DNA of 64,000 nt from Eledone cirrhosa (Eukaryota), in assembly GCA_964016885.1 (NCBI GenBank), contig OZ024761.1, positions 930,001 to 994,000 of the forward strand, read 5' to 3'. The position numbers and the translations under genes were made by a program. Below the pieces are notes generated by a model, which had not been told where the DNA came from, did no database searches, and was given only the letters and a program-made list of their open reading frames with translations. Positions 1 through 13,789 of this stretch are shown here, piece after piece. Positions within the stretch are counted from its first letter, which is position 1; each line of letters begins with the position of its first letter.

Positions 1-659
1 TAGTTTTCTTTCTACACCTCATAATTGTGCACCTGAAATAATTTGAACCATTGCTTATATCACATTAACAAATATTACAAACACCACCACACCTAATAGT
101 CACAGTTACCAACCATTACTAACACAGATACCACTACTACTATCCCAAATAGTAATAAAACCCTCACCATCGTCACCAAACACCCACCATTACCACCATC
201 ACTACATCACTACCATCAACAATATTTCTAACACCACCACTGTTACCATCATCTCCAATATTACTCACACTACCACTACTAAAACCTCCACCACTGCTTC
301 CATCATCTTCAATATTACAAACACCACCACCACTACCACCAATACTACTAAAAATACCATCACCACCACCACCACCATCACCACTACTACTAAGCCCAAA
401 TCACTTGAATTAATCCAGATAGAAATTTTGAGGGGGGAAAATCTTCAGACCTCCCACCCAACCCAACCACGATCACCATCATCATCAACACAAACTCACT
501 GATGACTTTCCATCATCATCACTGCTATCACTACCACCTCATACCCACACAAGACTATCTGCCACCACCACTACCACAGGCTCACCAAAGACTTTCTATT
601 CCATCTAAAACCAAATCTAAATATCAGATAATAATATCTGTAGTCAGAGAGATATTAGC

Positions 660-1068
660 AGCCATCCAATCCAGCCAGCCAACCAACCAGCCAGCATCAT
701 TCCATCAAATCCAGCTTAACCATCCAGCCATCCTTCCATTCAATCCTACCCCTCATCCAGTCAACCATCCCTCCAACCAGCCAGCTAACCATCCCTCCAA
801 CCAGCCAGCTAACCATCCCTCCAACCAGCCAGCTAACCATCCATCCAACCAGCCAGCTAACCATCCATCCAACCAGCCAGCCATCCTTCCAGCCTTCTAT
901 TTAATCCAGCCAACCAACCAGGCAACTAACCAACCATCTAATCAGGCATCTAGCCAGCCATCCAATCAGGCAACCAGCCAGCCATCCAACAAACCAACCA
1001 ACCAACCATCCATCCAACCATTCATTCAACCATCCAGCCAACCAACTCATCCAAATCAGCCAGCCACT
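660..1068. repeat. (CCAN)n compound microsatellite with 24-bp unit
   Basis: AACCATCC(C/A)TCCAACCAGCCAGCT repeated about 5 times within a degenerate tetranucleotide tract. Confidence 0.9.
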
Positions 1069-2170
1069 GTCTCTACATGTGTTTAATTCCTTCTCTCAAG
1101 ACACAGACAGACACACAAATGGCCCTGGCATGTAACATCAGTAGCTCACCCTCCCCACAAACATCATCAGTCATCCATTCCTGACCCAATTAGATCTGAT
1201 CAGTTTCTTAAGAAAGCAAAAGGAAGGATGAGTAAAAAAAATATAAAAAAATGGGTTTGGGTTTATTTTGTTTTGTTTTTTATAGAAAAATACATAAATG
1301 AAATGAGATAAAAAAAAATTTTTTTAGATATAAAAATTAAAAAGTTCGAAAAATTAAAAATAAATAAATAAATTAATTAATTTTATTTTATTTTTTTATA
1401 TATATATTTCATGATTACACTTTAGTACAGCAGACTTTAGGTTTTATGAAGAAAAAACATCTAATCTGACAAACAGGATACTTCAAACTATGTGTATTTG
1501 TGTGTGGGTGTGTATATATGTATATGTGTGTGTGAATGTAAGTATATGTGTATGTATATATGTATGTGTGTGTGTGTGTATACACACACACACACGCGCG
1601 CGCGCGGAAGCTACACCAAGAAGATTGCCTCAGCGAAAGCAATGATCTATTAGCAAGGGTTGGATGAGTATACATAGACCAAGTCAATACTGAAGCGGGG
1701 CTACTGACCTCCAGGACAGGCTGAGGGGTCTGCATCCTGCTTACGGATGGTCATATTGAGTGCAGGGAAGAAGTTGTGTCTTTTGACACAAATTGAAGGG
1801 TCCTCTTAAGCCCTTGTTTGGCAAGCTTTCTATGGCTGGATGCTCTCCCTAACATCAACCACTTTACACTATGTACTGGGTGCTTTTATTGTGTAGATCA
1901 CCAGCACTAAGGAAGGTGTCATGTCCTTGACTTAGCTAAACAATCATACCAACCCTTTACTTGGCAAGCTTTCTATGCCCTTCCTAACACCAATCACTTT
2001 ATAGCTTGTGTGTTCATCATGCAGATCACTAACGCGAGATTGTTGCATGTATGTGTGTGTGTATATAAAATATACATGTGTGCCATACACAAACAAATAA
2101 ATGTGAATATATCATTATCAGCATTTTTAAAACCTTGCAAAACAAATTCATCGCTGTATATATATATATA

Positions 2171-2248
2171 CAGGATGTCCCAAAAATATTTATACACATT
2201 TCAACAGCATTGTAATCAAAGTATGTATAGATTTTTAGGGGACCCCCT
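2171..2248. mobile_element. Tc1/mariner-type MITE remnant
   Basis: TA|CAGGATGTCCCAAAAA..TATACA left end with a degenerate inverted right end; matching TIR at ~47434-47465 (…TTTTGAGGGACACCCTG). Confidence 0.5.
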
Positions 2249-2999
2249 CCATACACACACACACACACATGTAGCAACAGTTGGAGTGTTTCATTCCAAG
2301 AAATTTCCAGGTTCTATTTTCAACAGTCATTACCAACATTAACCACACACACACAGAGATCAAATGTATCATATGACGCTCAGTAAAAGATCTTTCTTGT
2401 TCCAAATATAGTTCTTTTTGGAGGGGTCGGGAGGGTTACTAATCCATTAATATATCCCTGTCTTCCTTGCTCTCTACTCCCTCCATCAACCCACCTTCTC
2501 CATAAAAATACAGCTGAATGAATTTATCTGGTTCTTTAAGAAATACTCAACTGAATGGCAGATAGAATGTCATTTTTGTGTTCTAAAATTATTCCTATTG
2601 TATAGAGGCAGGGTGGGGGAATAGTTTAGTCTATTGTTCTTTTACAGGCTTCAATCACTGAATCAAGGCCATGCTGGGGCACCACCTTCAAAGGATTTTA
2701 ATTTTAGTCCATCATATCAACCCCAGCAAATATTTTTTTTAAAGTCTGGTACAATTTTTATGAATACAAAGACATTTACTGAGAAATGACAAGAAAGATG
2801 TGATGTCTTTGATGGTGATGATGATGGTGGAAATAATGGTGATGGTGATGATGGGTGATGGTAGTGGTATTGGTGACAATATAAGCAGCAAATTTCAAAC
2901 AAAAAAGAGTAAACAGGTCGACAGGCAGAACTTGAACTATGGCAAATTGGCAGTCACTAGAACATCGGATAGAATGCTTTGCACTGTTTGTTCTGGTTC

Positions 3000-3545
3000 T
3001 CAGCTCAAATCCCATTTAGTTGACCTCTTATGAAGTCATATCTCATAGGTGGTTTCTCAGGTGTTTTATTAATAGGAGACCCTCCAGTCCTATCATGTTG
3101 TTACTGTTACAGCACTTACCTATATAGGTTTAGCTGACTCCCTATGAGGTCATATATCATAGGTGGTTTTTCAGGTTTTTTAATGATAGAGGACCCCCAG
3201 TTCTATCACGTTGTTGCTATTACAGTTCACATCTATATTGGTTTAGCTGACTTCCTATGAGGTCATATATCATAGGAGGTTTATTGGGAGTTTTAATGAT
3301 AGGGGGCCCCAAGTCTTCTCAAGTTATAGTTGTTACAGTTCACACATATATAGGTTAGCTGACTTCCCATGAAGTCATATCTCATAGGTGGTTACTGAAG
3401 TGTTTTAATGATAGGGGCCCCAAGTCTTCTCATGTTGTTATTACAGCTCACCAAACTTATGCAGGTTGAGCTGGCTTCCTACAAGGTTGCATTTTATAGG
3501 AAGTTTCCCAAGTGTTATAACGGTGTTAATGATAGGGGGAAAGCA
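3000..3545. repeat. ~113-bp tandem repeat, ~5 diverged copies
   Basis: TTAG(C/T)TGAC...CATAGG motif recurring at ~3017, 3129, 3243, 3355, 3468; about two related units at ~11365-11600. Confidence 0.85.
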
Positions 3546-4401
3546 GGCATCCCAGTCCTGTCACGAAAAGCAATCTGAAATGAAGTATGTAGCTCAAGAA
3601 CAAGATGCATGGCCTGGCCCAGAAATCGACCCCTACAACCATATGATTGTAAATGAAACACCCCTAACCACTAGGCCATGAGTGAAAACAATGTAATAAA
3701 ATAAAAATAAAAAATAGGGAACATATTTCAAAGTCAGATCCATTAAAACAACACATGCACGCATACGTACATATGTATTCAATACCGTAACCATTTATGG
3801 AAGTTATTTTCACATAGCAAAAAGTAATCAAAATTACGAAACAGGATAATGCACATACACAGTCTTGTACCACACACACACACTCACTCTTACATACAAC
3901 ACACACACACTTGTATACAACACACACACACATACATCTTAAACATAGACACAACAGCACTAAGAAAAATATGTCATTAAACTTAAATGATACTGCATGT
4001 CTATGTGGGTGTATGAATGGTTGTGTGTGTAAATGTCAGTGGTTTTACATATGAGTGGTTGTGTCTGTACATGTAGGAGAGCTTGTGTATACATATGCAT
4101 GTGTGTGAGTGTGTTTGTTTCTTCTCATTACAGTCAACACAACAGATAGTGATATTTGTTTGTGTTCAGCATAAACAGAAATCCCACTGCCCAGTGGTGA
4201 GATGCACAAAGATCTGTACCTTACTTTAAACATAAAATACAAAGAAACACGGGCAAGCTGGCATCAGTAAGGGCATCTGGTAGAATTCTGCCTCAAAATC
4301 TCTCTTCCGACCCATGCCAATATGGGGGGGGGGGGGGGGCTAAACGACCATAAAACTGATGATGGTTGGTTGGTTGGTTAAGAAACAACTATTACTACCA
4401 C

Positions 4402-4440
<39 letters not shown>

Positions 4441-4537
4441 TATATGCACACACACACACACATATATACACGTGTTAATTGGTCATTCTTTCTTCTGATG
4501 AAGGACTAGCATCCGAAGGAAATCATCAGGAAAGGGA

Positions 4538-4584
4538 TTTCCTGATGATTTTCTTTGAATGAAACAGTTCTAGTCCTGTAGAAG
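4538..4584 (+). ncRNA. Type I hammerhead ribozyme, family A variant
   Basis: tttc CTGATGA ttttctttgaat GAAACAG ttctagtc CTGTA gaag; preceded by a short inverted copy (GAAATCATCAGGAAA, ~4519-4533). Confidence 0.7.
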
Positions 4585-4679
4585 CCATATCTATATTAAA
4601 ACTTGTATATACACTCTACTATGTATTGAGTTCCTTACTCATTGTGGTTACCCCCCCCCCCCCCCCGACTGAACCTGGG

Positions 4680-4730
<51 letters not shown>

Positions 4731-5505
4731 GTACTTTTTACCAATGAAACTTTTAAGAGTGAGATGTTGGAGGGAATTCAGAAAATCTATCCTACAAAGA
4801 TTGTAGCAAATATATACATTTACAGGAAATAGTCAATTTAACAACCTCCACCTCACCCCTCTCCATATTTCCCAACCTCTCTTGCTCTTCCTCCTCACTC
4901 TCTCCAGATCTCTCTATCTGCTCTCCACCTCTCTCTCTCTCCCTCTCTCTCTGAATCCATTCTCCTCTACTACTACCTCCTCCCCTCCATCACTTCCTCT
5001 AAGCCAAGGAATATTTTACTTTAGCCTTAGAAAAACATCCTCCGCCAACACTGTAACCATCACAATCACCACCACCAATACTACCATCACCACCACCACC
5101 ACCACCACCACTATCATCACCACCACCACCAACACCACCATCACCACCACCACCAACACCAATACCACCATCACCACCACCACCAGTTCAAGTATTATCA
5201 ACACCACTACTACCACTAGTACAAGGATAACTCAAATGTCTGAATACAGAAGAAAGGCAGATGGGGTGAAGAGGGGAGGAGGGCTATTTTTAGACCATCA
5301 AGTTGTTCATTTACTACTAAAAGGTCAAATCACTACCAGTTGTTTTGTTATTTTCGTTGTTTTTACCTTATTTTTATCTTTATTTATTCCTTGGTTGGTT
5401 GCTTGCTAAGGTCAGAGAACTCTTGGTGTCATTACTCAACCCCCCCCCCACACTCTCCTACAACCAGTGGTCAGCCAGTGTTGTTCATGAGTGAATTCGT
5501 AATGT

Positions 5506-5719
5506 TTAACCCTTTAGCATTCACATTACTCTATATATACTATTGTATTTTCACAATAAAGGCTTTATCTCACATAATATCGAATCTAGGATTCTTATAT
5601 TATTTATTTTGAGAACAATGCCTTAACATAAGTATGAGCGTCTAGTTACGGCCGGTTTGAACAGAAAGAGGTGAGAGAATTCTGGTCAGATACAGCTGGT
5701 TTAAATGCTAGAGGGTTAA
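5506..5719 (+). mobile_element. piggyBac-like MITE with TTAA target duplication
   Basis: TTAA CCCTTTAGCATT...AATGCTAGAGGG TTAA. Copies at 9120-9303, 18506-18733, partial 8604-8816 and 13010-13181; related 15651-15859. Confidence 0.8.
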
Positions 5720-5789
5720 GTCTTGCAGGCCAGTGGGAATAAAAGATGAAAACATAAACATACAATAATAAAAAAATAAATATTTTTAA

Positions 5790-5945
5790 ATCATCATCAT
5801 CATCACCATTACCATTTTTATGGTTGTTTTTCCACACTTGCATGAGCTGGACGGGTCCTTCTCAGTACAGCGTCACTCCATGCATTGCGATCCTTTGTCT
5901 TCTCTTCTGTGAGTCTCAGTGATTTGAGGTCAGTCCTCACAACTT
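5790..5945 (-). mobile_element. RTE 3' end
   Basis: Reverse complement resembles 12780-12918, including the (GAT)n tail. Confidence 0.65.
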
Positions 5946-6434
5946 CTGCTTGGGCTTATTTTGGGGGGAGGGGCCTATCCTTAAACACTCAAAGAGGAAA
6001 GGGGAGCGATTAATATTTAACAATTTTGAATTAAATTGTATATGTTTGCAATAGAAGAGGAAAAAAAGAGAAATAAAAATTACTGTATATATTCGAATAT
6101 AAGATGACCCCATTTTATGTCTGGGCAATACTCCAAACCCCAATTATAAGTCAATGCAGGTAATCAACGCATTATGTTTAGAAGGTGCACTATTGAAATT
6201 CTCATAAAGTTTTAATATTTTGATATTTAAAATGTTTTAAGTGTCAGAATAGTTTTTGCATCACAACTCCATTATGTCATTTTTTTTCAACAATTTCTGA
6301 CCATTTTGAAGGTTATATTCTTTCAAAACAAATCATTAACAATAGAATATTGTTGTAATATTCACCTCTAAAGCAAAAATATTTTAGCACTTCGTTTACG
6401 TAAAATTTGAAGTTGGTGAAAATCGGCAAAATAT

Positions 6435-6612
6435 TTGTTTCTACTTTTGGCACAAGGCCAGCAATTATTTCAGTGTATTACTGGTACTTTATTTTATCGA
6501 CCCCGTAAGGATGAAAGGCAAAGTTAACCTCGGCGGGATTTGAACTCAGTCCGTAAAGGGACGTAACTGTGCTGCAAAGCATGGCGTCCGACCCTCTACC
6601 GATACTGCCAAT
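6435..6612 (-). mobile_element. tRNA-derived SINE
   Basis: Full-length reverse copy. Further copies at ~9620-9770, 12478-12630, 15866-16035, 16935-17100, 38705-38870 (-) and 14760-14850, 31395-31485 (+). Confidence 0.85.
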
Positions 6613-6821
6613 GGCAAAATATTGACTTCGAATTTTATTTCACAGGACCAGAGATGATTTTGAGCAAGTTGATAATGAAAGGTTTGACTTTTTCATTACC
6701 ATATTTCTAATGAAATACACTGACTATGTGTTTCAATTAATTTTGAAAATAACCAAAAAATTTGGAAGAATTTAATAAAATAACTAAGTTTTTCATATTA
6801 CTATGGGTATGTGGTGAGAAT

Positions 6822-7050
6822 GTCTCAGGAAAGAATCATTGAACAGATTTTACAAGCAAAACCAACCGGCAGGAGACCCAGGGGTAGACCCCGAGCAAGG
6901 TGGTTGGATAACATCCATGAGCTTGGCTAGTCACACTTGGGGATCCAGCCGGATCAGTTGGAGATGGTTACTTCTGACAGGACCCACCGGAGGGAGTGTT
7001 TGAGGATTCTGCCCCCATGACCCTCTCAAGAATAAGTGGGTGAAGAAGTT
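6822..7050 (+). mobile_element. RTE-like LINE 3' fragment
   Basis: ...KPTGRRPRGRPRARWLDNI...DRTHRR; related copy at ~15474-15612. Confidence 0.7.
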
Positions 7051-7174
7051 TTTCATTAATAAGCTGATATCTAGAAACACGTTACTTTATACAAATTTCT
7101 AAAATAAAATTATGATATCAGGACATTTTAAAATTATCAATTTTGTATCATAAATCGACAGCAGTTTCAGGAGT

Positions 7175-7470
7175 ATGATGGGATAAGTTTGAAGGAATTT
7201 GAAGGAATATGTTTGAAGGATTAATATGAAATGAATTTGAAGAAATAATGTAGAGTGAGTTTTAAGGAATAAAATGGAAAGAGTTTTAAGAAATAAAATG
7301 GAATAAGTCTGAAGGAATGAGATGGAATGAGTTTCAAGGAATGAGATGGAAAGAGTTTCAAGGAATAAAATGGAATAAATCTGAAGGAATGAAATGAAAT
7401 GAGTTTGAAGGAGTAAAATGGAATAAATTTGAAGGAATAAAATGTAGAATAAGACTGAAGGAATAAGATG
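7175..7470. repeat. Degenerate 24-bp tandem repeat
   Basis: AAGGAATAAAATGGAATAAGTTTG-like units. Confidence 0.8.
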
Positions 7471-8282
7471 CCTCAGTAATATAAATAAATCAGTGAGGTA
7501 GAAATGTGTTAATAGTGAAGAAATATCTGATATGAGGAAACAGTTGCCACACCACCACCACCACAACCATCATCAAGACAGAGCTGTGGTGATACACTGG
7601 ATGATGAGATTAACTTGTCTATGAATCAACAAACTGCTGCTGCTACTACTACTACTGCTACTACTGCTGTTACTACTATTACAGCTGCTATTACTACTAT
7701 TACAGCTGCTCTTACTATTACTGCTATTGCAGCTGCTGATATTACTATTACTACTACTACTAATGTTGTTGTTACTACTACTACTAATGATAATAGTAAC
7801 ATTACTACAACCACAACTAATACCACTTTTATTACTACAACTACTAACACCACTACCACCATCAATAATACTAATAATACTACCACTGACAGTAGGTTAC
7901 CATGGCAGTAAAAACAGTACCAGTACCTCCACATTCTCCAACAACACCACCACCACAACAGCAGCAGCAGCATTCTGGCAGCCATATTAGATTAAATTAG
8001 ATTAAATGAACACCAGTGGAATGTGGATCGAGCACACACACATGCATACATACATATATATATATGCACATACACACATGTATGCACACACACACTGGCA
8101 TACAAATCTACACATAAACAGATGTGAACATATGAACATACATGCACATAAACAGATGTGAACACACATACATATGCATACATGTACATATATACACAGA
8201 TAATATACACACACTTATAAACATGTGTACATATACACATATGCACTCAAATACACACACACACACACATGCATGCAAACAT

Positions 8283-8336
<54 letters not shown>

Positions 8337-10904
8337 GCAAACACACACACCACTGGAAAAGAAAATGACAGGTAGGAAACTAGAAAACTATGCTGCTCTA
8401 TTTCTATAGCAAAACATGACTAGCAAGTAGAATAATAAAGATACTGCCAAAATAGCTAGAAATAGCAGCTAAATGTCACTCATATTCTCAGCCAGTCATA
8501 TGTTAACTCTTAAGATCCTGAAATAATTTGAGAGAAAATATAAAAAAACAGGTTTAATTTAAATGCCTATAGTATCTTTACTAGTGGATAGATAATTATA
8601 AAAATTTAAACCAGCCATATCCAGCCAGAATTCTCTCACTTCTTTCTGTTCAAATTGGCTTTAACTGGCCACTCATACAGATGTTAAGGTATAGTTCTCA
8701 AAATAAATAATATGAATCTCATAGATTCAATATTATGTGAGTTACTATGTGTGATAAAGCCTTTACTGTAAAAATACAATAGTATATATTGAGTAATATA
8801 AATGCTAAAGGGTTAATGTAAGGCAGTCATGGTACTGTTTTGTACTTTTCAAGAATGTCTTGTTAATATGATTTCATGGAGTTGTTAATTTAATAATTAT
8901 GAAAATTTAATTCTAAATGTAAGGCAGTCATAGTGCTGTTTTGTACGTTTCAAGAATGTCTTGCTAATATTTGCACTGCAGGATGTTAAGTGCTGATTTA
9001 ACTCTTGACATTGTTATGATTTCGCAGAAAAGATCTTTAAAAAACTGGGTTTTTTTTAATGTTTAAAGTATCTCCTTTATTGGTGGACAGATCATTGTGA
9101 AAATTTGCAGTAAACTACATTAACTCTTTAGCATTCACATTACTCTATATTTACTACTGTATTTTCACAGTAAAGGCTTTAATTATTTCACATAATATTG
9201 AATCTTTGAAATTTTGTGAGAATGATACCTTAACATCGGTATGAACAGAAAGAGGTCAGGGAATTCTGGCCGGATCTGGTCGGTTTAAATGCTAAAGGGT
9301 TAAAGACCTTAATCTTAAATGTGACGCATTAATACTTTGGTTTTCTACTTCTCAACAATGTCTTGCTAATGTGGTTTCATGCGGTATAGGATGTTAAGAG
9401 TTAATTTAACAACAATCCACATGAAGCTGCTCTGAATTTATGACACAAAGTTTAAAATGTGTATATCCTTATGGGATGGTCCCGTAACACCTGGTGGAGT
9501 CATAGGGGTACCACAGTTGCATACAGCGTTTCTTGGGCATTTTAAACCTGGCGGAGCCCATCTCCTCTCCAGCTCTGAACACAGCAGATTTCTTCTAGAG
9601 AAAGAAATATAGAGGAAGAATCGACCCCAGTGCTAGACTGGGACTTTATTTATCGACCTGGAAAGGATGAATGGCAAAGTTGACCTCAGTGGGATTTAAA
9701 CTCAGAGAGCAGGAACGAATACCACAAAGCATTCTATCTGACGTTCTAATGACTGCCAATTCACCGCCTTTATCCTTGTATCAAATCCCGAAATCATGTG
9801 AGCAAGTTTTGCAAGACAGAAACTAAGCAGAAGTCCGTCATAATACATATATGTGTGTGTGTGTGTGTTTGTGTTTATTTCATTTACAGTTTATGTCTTG
9901 TAACTTAGCAGCTCAAGGACTTGGGGTCAATACAACCAACTAAATCAACTGAAGGAAGGCAGTGCCCCAGCATGGCCGTAGTCTAATGACTGTAACAAGT
10001 AAAATGAAGTTAGGTACAGTAGCTCTTACATTGGCGAAGGTGGGGGGAGTTATACTACCCTATCAAATGGTGGTTCACAACTAGTTTGGCAAGCAAGTAA
10101 AAACAGGTTCACCTCCATATTATAAATGAGTTACATATATTATATATATATATATATAATTTGTTTTTTTGTCTTTCTAGTTTTACTTGTGAACTCATTT
10201 AAGCTTTCCACCACCACCACCACCACTGACTCCTCCATTAATGACACATCCACCACCAACAACACCACTTTATTATTGTTGTTTTTATTAGCAGATTAGT
10301 GATCCACCCATGTTCATCATCATTATCATCAACTACAGTAAAAAATATTAATACCAAGCAGATGATGGTGATGATGATGATAGAACCAGTGGAAATTCCA
10401 CATTTTATAAATATTGCTATTTCTGTTTTGATACATAAATTTATAAATCTTGATAACATTGTTTCATTATGTTAAAAGATTTTGATTATATCTTTCAGAT
10501 TTCCTTCCATAGTTAACCTTAGCAGTAGCAGGCATATGAAAGCATACATATTACAATATTCTTATGAGAAAAACTACTCAAACATCACTACACCAAGTGG
10601 TATAAGTCTGGTTGGTGTGAGAAAACAGATGCTCTCTAGCATGCAGAATCCCTAGTGCAAGCTGCCTCATGGTCCCAGCAAAAAGAATGGAGAAAGCAAC
10701 ACTTTCTCCATTCATTAAAATAAATAGACATATTTTGATATTAAAAAAAAAAACCCACCGAATATAGTTCCTAAAGATAAAATTAATATAGGTATAATTA
10801 TATTATTATCATCATCACTTATATTTTCATAATTAAGTCTTACCACATCTCTTCATAATATAAATATAAATTAATATATTAAATATAATATAGTCAAACA
10901 AAAA

Positions 10905-11050
10905 CCTAACATTCTCAGGAGAATGGCAAGGGAGGTGTGTTGAAATAGCCATTCCAACTCACAGCGAGGTTCCCCGATAGTAGCGAGTAGGGAGGTGGTC
11001 CGAGGACCAAGAACACCAGAAGCCTCCACAGCTACAGGTTCAACAATATA
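10905..11050 (-). mobile_element. CRE/R2-type restriction-like endonuclease C-terminal fragment
   Basis: EPVAVEASGVLGP...LATIG..EPR.ELEWLFQH.SLAIL fits the P.A.E..G..G...RE...L.QR.S.AI pattern. Confidence 0.6.
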
Positions 11051-11783
11051 CTTATGTATAAAATAGATATGCAAGTCTAGCTATGGTTGTTTTAGGCTGT
11101 GATGAAAGCACACACAATATGTTTATGTAAAATAAACATCTGTGAAGGTTGTGACTTCTATTCCCAGAGCAGACTGTGCATTGTATCCTTCAGCAAGACA
11201 TTTTATTTTACATTGCTCTAGTTCACTCAGGAATGTCACTGGTGCCAAGCTGTATTGGCCTTTGCTTTTTCCTTGGACAACATCGGTGGCATGAAAAGGG
11301 GAGATTGACATGCATGGGTGACTGCTGGTCTTCCACAAAATAACCTTGCTTAGGCTTGTGTATCCTCCAAGGCTGCATCTCAAAAAAAGCTTTTTCAGGT
11401 GTTTTAATGTAAGAGATCCCATCCCAGTCCTACGATGTTGTTGTTACAGCTCACACCTATGTAAATTTAGCCAGCTTCATACAAAGTTGCATCTCATAGG
11501 TTTCTCAGGTGTTTTAATGAAAGGGATCCCAGTGCTATTGGTGATGTCTTTACAGCTCACACCTAAGTAAGTTTAGCTGGCCTCAGTCCTATCATGAAAA
11601 ACAATGTAAAATGAAGCCTCATACCTAAGGACACAACACACAGCCCACATCATGAACTGAAATCACAATGTTATGATCATGAGTTCAAAACCTTTGATAA
11701 CACCCCACTATATACACACCATTCACTCTATACACACACCACATTCTCTATATACATCATACTCTACACACCACACACTCTTT

Positions 11784-12010
11784 CATCATCATCATCATCA
11801 ACATTTTACGTCCATTCTTCCACGCTAGCATGGGTTAGACGGGTTGTCCTGTTGTGGGCAATGCCAGGTCAGGTGACCATGCCTTGCTCATATGGAACTG
11901 ATTCTGGCTTGATTTCTACAGCTGGATGCCCTTCCTAACACCAACCTCATTTACAGTGAGTGCTGGGTGCTTTTTTGCCGTGGCACCTCCACGACCACTT
12001 TGCAGTGGAA
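11784..12010 (-). mobile_element. RTE-tailed SINE-like element
   Basis: CTGGATGCCCTTCCTAACACCAACC core with (CAT)n end. Copies at ~1820-2010, 17290-17490, 19695-19800 and (+) 34410-34680, 42690-42945. Confidence 0.7.
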
Positions 12011-12700
12011 TGATAGGGACCCCAGTCCTATCATCTCATTTCAACAGCTGAGTAAACTGGAGCAATGTGAAATAAAGTGTCTTGCTCAAGGAAATAACAC
12101 ATCAGCCCAATGCTCTAACCACTAAGCCATGCACTTCTTTACATACAAGAATCTCAACACACTGCATTCTATATACACCATATTCTCTACACACATTCTA
12201 TATACACCATATACTAACAAGAGGAAATAATATGAGTCCATAGGACAATAGACACAAACAAGTTGAGACCCAGGTAGGGAAGAACAATGTTTAGAAACCA
12301 AGGTGGGTGCAGTTGGTTGGCTGCTCGGGTGCTTCGTTAATTAGTACATTTAAACGAGACAATATAGATCATTAATATATCATAAATACAATAAATAATT
12401 AACAATAGCAACTAATCTGAATAAAAAAAAAACTGGTTTTATTTCTTCAGTTTTCTATTCATATTTTCTGACACTGATTTCTAATTTAGGTACAAGGCCA
12501 GCAATCTGTTGAACGGTGGTGGGGGGGGGGGGGGGGGGTTCGATTATGTTGACCCCAGTACATTACTGGTACTTTATTTTATCGACCCCGTAAGTTGACC
12601 ATGGTGGGATTTGAACTCAAAACGTAAAGATAGAGAGTGAAAAGAGGAAGAAATGGAAAAAATGTGTCTTTAGTTCACCATTTTGTTGGGTATATATATA

Positions 12701-12918
12701 CCGCTGGGTAAAGAAGTGCCAAGAAATCCCAGTAGAAGGAAGACGCATTAGAGGTAGACCACGAAAAACATGGGCAGAGGTGGTGAGAGCAGACCTCAGA
12801 TCGCTGAAACTCACCGAGGAGATGACGAAGGACCGTGACAAGTGGAGAGATGCTGTGCTGAATAGGACCCGTCCAACCCTTGCAAGCAGGGAAAAGCGGA
12901 CGTATGATGATGATGATA
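12701..12918 (+). mobile_element. RTE LINE 3' end
   Basis: Encodes ...EGRRIRGRPRKTWAEVVRADL...DRDKWR; (GAT)n tail. Confidence 0.85.
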
Positions 12919-13789
12919 TATATACACACACACCATCATATATATATATACACCATTTTTTATATATATATATATACACCATTATATATATTTATATATA
13001 ATGGAGTTACAACTTTCACTTACAAAACCTCGCATAATATCGAATCTATGAGATTTTTATATTATTTATTTTGAGAACAATACCTTAACGTCTGTATGAG
13101 TAGCTAGTTACAGCCAGTTTGAACAGAAAGAGGTGAGAGAATTCTGGCCAGATATGGCCAGAGTAAATGCTAAAGGGTTAATGCATTTGAAACTACAGTA
13201 ACCCACAGAAGACAGCCGATGAGCAGGAACTGTTCTTATGTTTATGTCTTGTGTTTTCACCCACGTTTATTTAATAATATATATTTGCCAGAAATATATA
13301 ATAAAACACACTCACTGTGTTTGCAAAACAAAATACACACACACATATATATATATATGTATATATATATATAATGGGAAGGAGTTGGGGATGCAATTTA
13401 TCTACATGTATATCTCACTAACTTAATTATAAACTCGCAACAGACACAGTTAGATAAACTATCAGGAATATAAGGCTACTATTAAACTTTAGTTTATTAA
13501 ATTTGATGAAGCGAGGTTTAGTGTGAAGAAATGATAAACACATTACCCCAACACCACCACAACAACAACAGAGAGACATCATCATCACCACCACAACAAC
13601 AACAGACATCATCATCATCTATCTGACCTTTAGGTTCTCAACAGAGATGTAGGTTGGTTTACTGATAATTTATAATTAGGCAACTGTAATGATGGCCTAG
13701 ATTTAGAAGGCACCAGAGAGAGAGAGTGACATGCAGAGACAGTGACATCTAGAGAAAGTGAGACCTATGTACATGTGTGTTTGGAGACA

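Noticed and set aside
1-35. Exon start resembling a HEI10/CCNB1IP1 RING N-terminus (C...CRKK)
   Set aside because: Only 10 codons visible, and the same AAATTATTTCAG acceptor motif occurs at a non-coding site (~8518); not enough to name a gene.
502-1086. 194-aa NQPANHPS-repeat ORF
   Set aside because: Product of a (CCAN)n microsatellite, with no splice or domain support.
4882-7990. Poly-Thr/poly-Val ORFs at 4882-5409 and 7615-7990
   Set aside because: Trinucleotide (ACC/ACT) repeats open in several frames on both strands.
8500-12440. Strong minus-strand splice acceptors at ~8518 and ~12417
   Set aside because: The sequence after ~8518 has early stops in all three frames; after ~12417 it is AT-rich and non-coding in appearance.
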